NCBI RefSeq assembly: GCF_006345805.1
Contig: NC_043001.1
Location: forward strand, 65,286,001-65,350,000
Length of the DNA: 64,000 nucleotides
Origin: Octopus sinensis
Taxonomy: Eukaryota
Direction: 5' to 3'
Within the stretch, counting starts at the first letter, position 1; each line of letters starts with the position of its first letter. Under the pieces are notes generated by a model that saw nothing but the letters and a program-made list of their open reading frames with translations, ran no database searches and was not told the origin of the DNA. A program made the position numbers and the translations under genes. Positions 63,751 to 64,000 of this stretch are shown in pieces.

Positions 63751-64000
63751 GCTGTTTTTGCCTCTGACATTCACGTCGTTGGATTTTTGAATTTCTGAAT
63801 TCAATTGTGTTGTTGCAATAAAAAGCATGTTTACGTATTTGAGTAATATATTAAAGTTTTTAAGTTTTCTTGAGATGTTCGTTTGTCCAGTTGGAGAATG
63901 CAGCAGGACTTTTGCAATGAAAAGGATGTTTACATTAATCTTACTTGCTTCATTGGTAAAAAAAGACAGAGCACCGAGTTGGATGCTTTCTAGTTCTTAA

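Noticed and set aside
63891-63955. Possible exon (CCAG|TTGG...TTG|GTAAAA) with a signal-peptide-like frame
   Set aside because: Splice-like dinucleotides of this quality are common by chance, and there is no supporting homology at the window edge.

Overview
This is a eukaryotic, AT- and microsatellite-rich, almost entirely repeat-derived 64-kb window. The SINE, RTE and LINE families resemble those I recall from octopod cephalopods, so an Octopus-like genome is inferred but not proven. No intact host gene is recognisable. The window holds a near-full APE-RT LINE of the CR1/L2 group with a CCCH-finger ORF1, a young 5'-truncated RTE LINE, R4/Dong and Tx1/L1 fragments, a Ty3/Gypsy element with an open pol frame but inverted LTRs, two solo LTRs, Helitron-type non-autonomous elements, hAT and Tc1/mariner remnants, many SINEs, and Penelope-like element (PLE) RT and GIY-YIG remnants. 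The main hidden signal is a set of at least six sequence-distinct, non-coding repeat families, several sitting in (TA)n tracts. Each carries a type-I hammerhead ribozyme (HHR) fold: stem I, CUGANGA, stem II, GAAA, a palindromic or near-palindromic stem III and a UH site. They occur as tandem and fold-back units, as expected for PLE pseudo-LTRs or retrozyme-like elements. Several have an unusually long domain II, one shows a compensatory base-pair change between loci, and one has an (ATT)n microsatellite inside domain II. All folds were read by eye and no search or folding software was run. Most boundaries are approximate to within about 10-30 bp unless a terminal motif is quoted.
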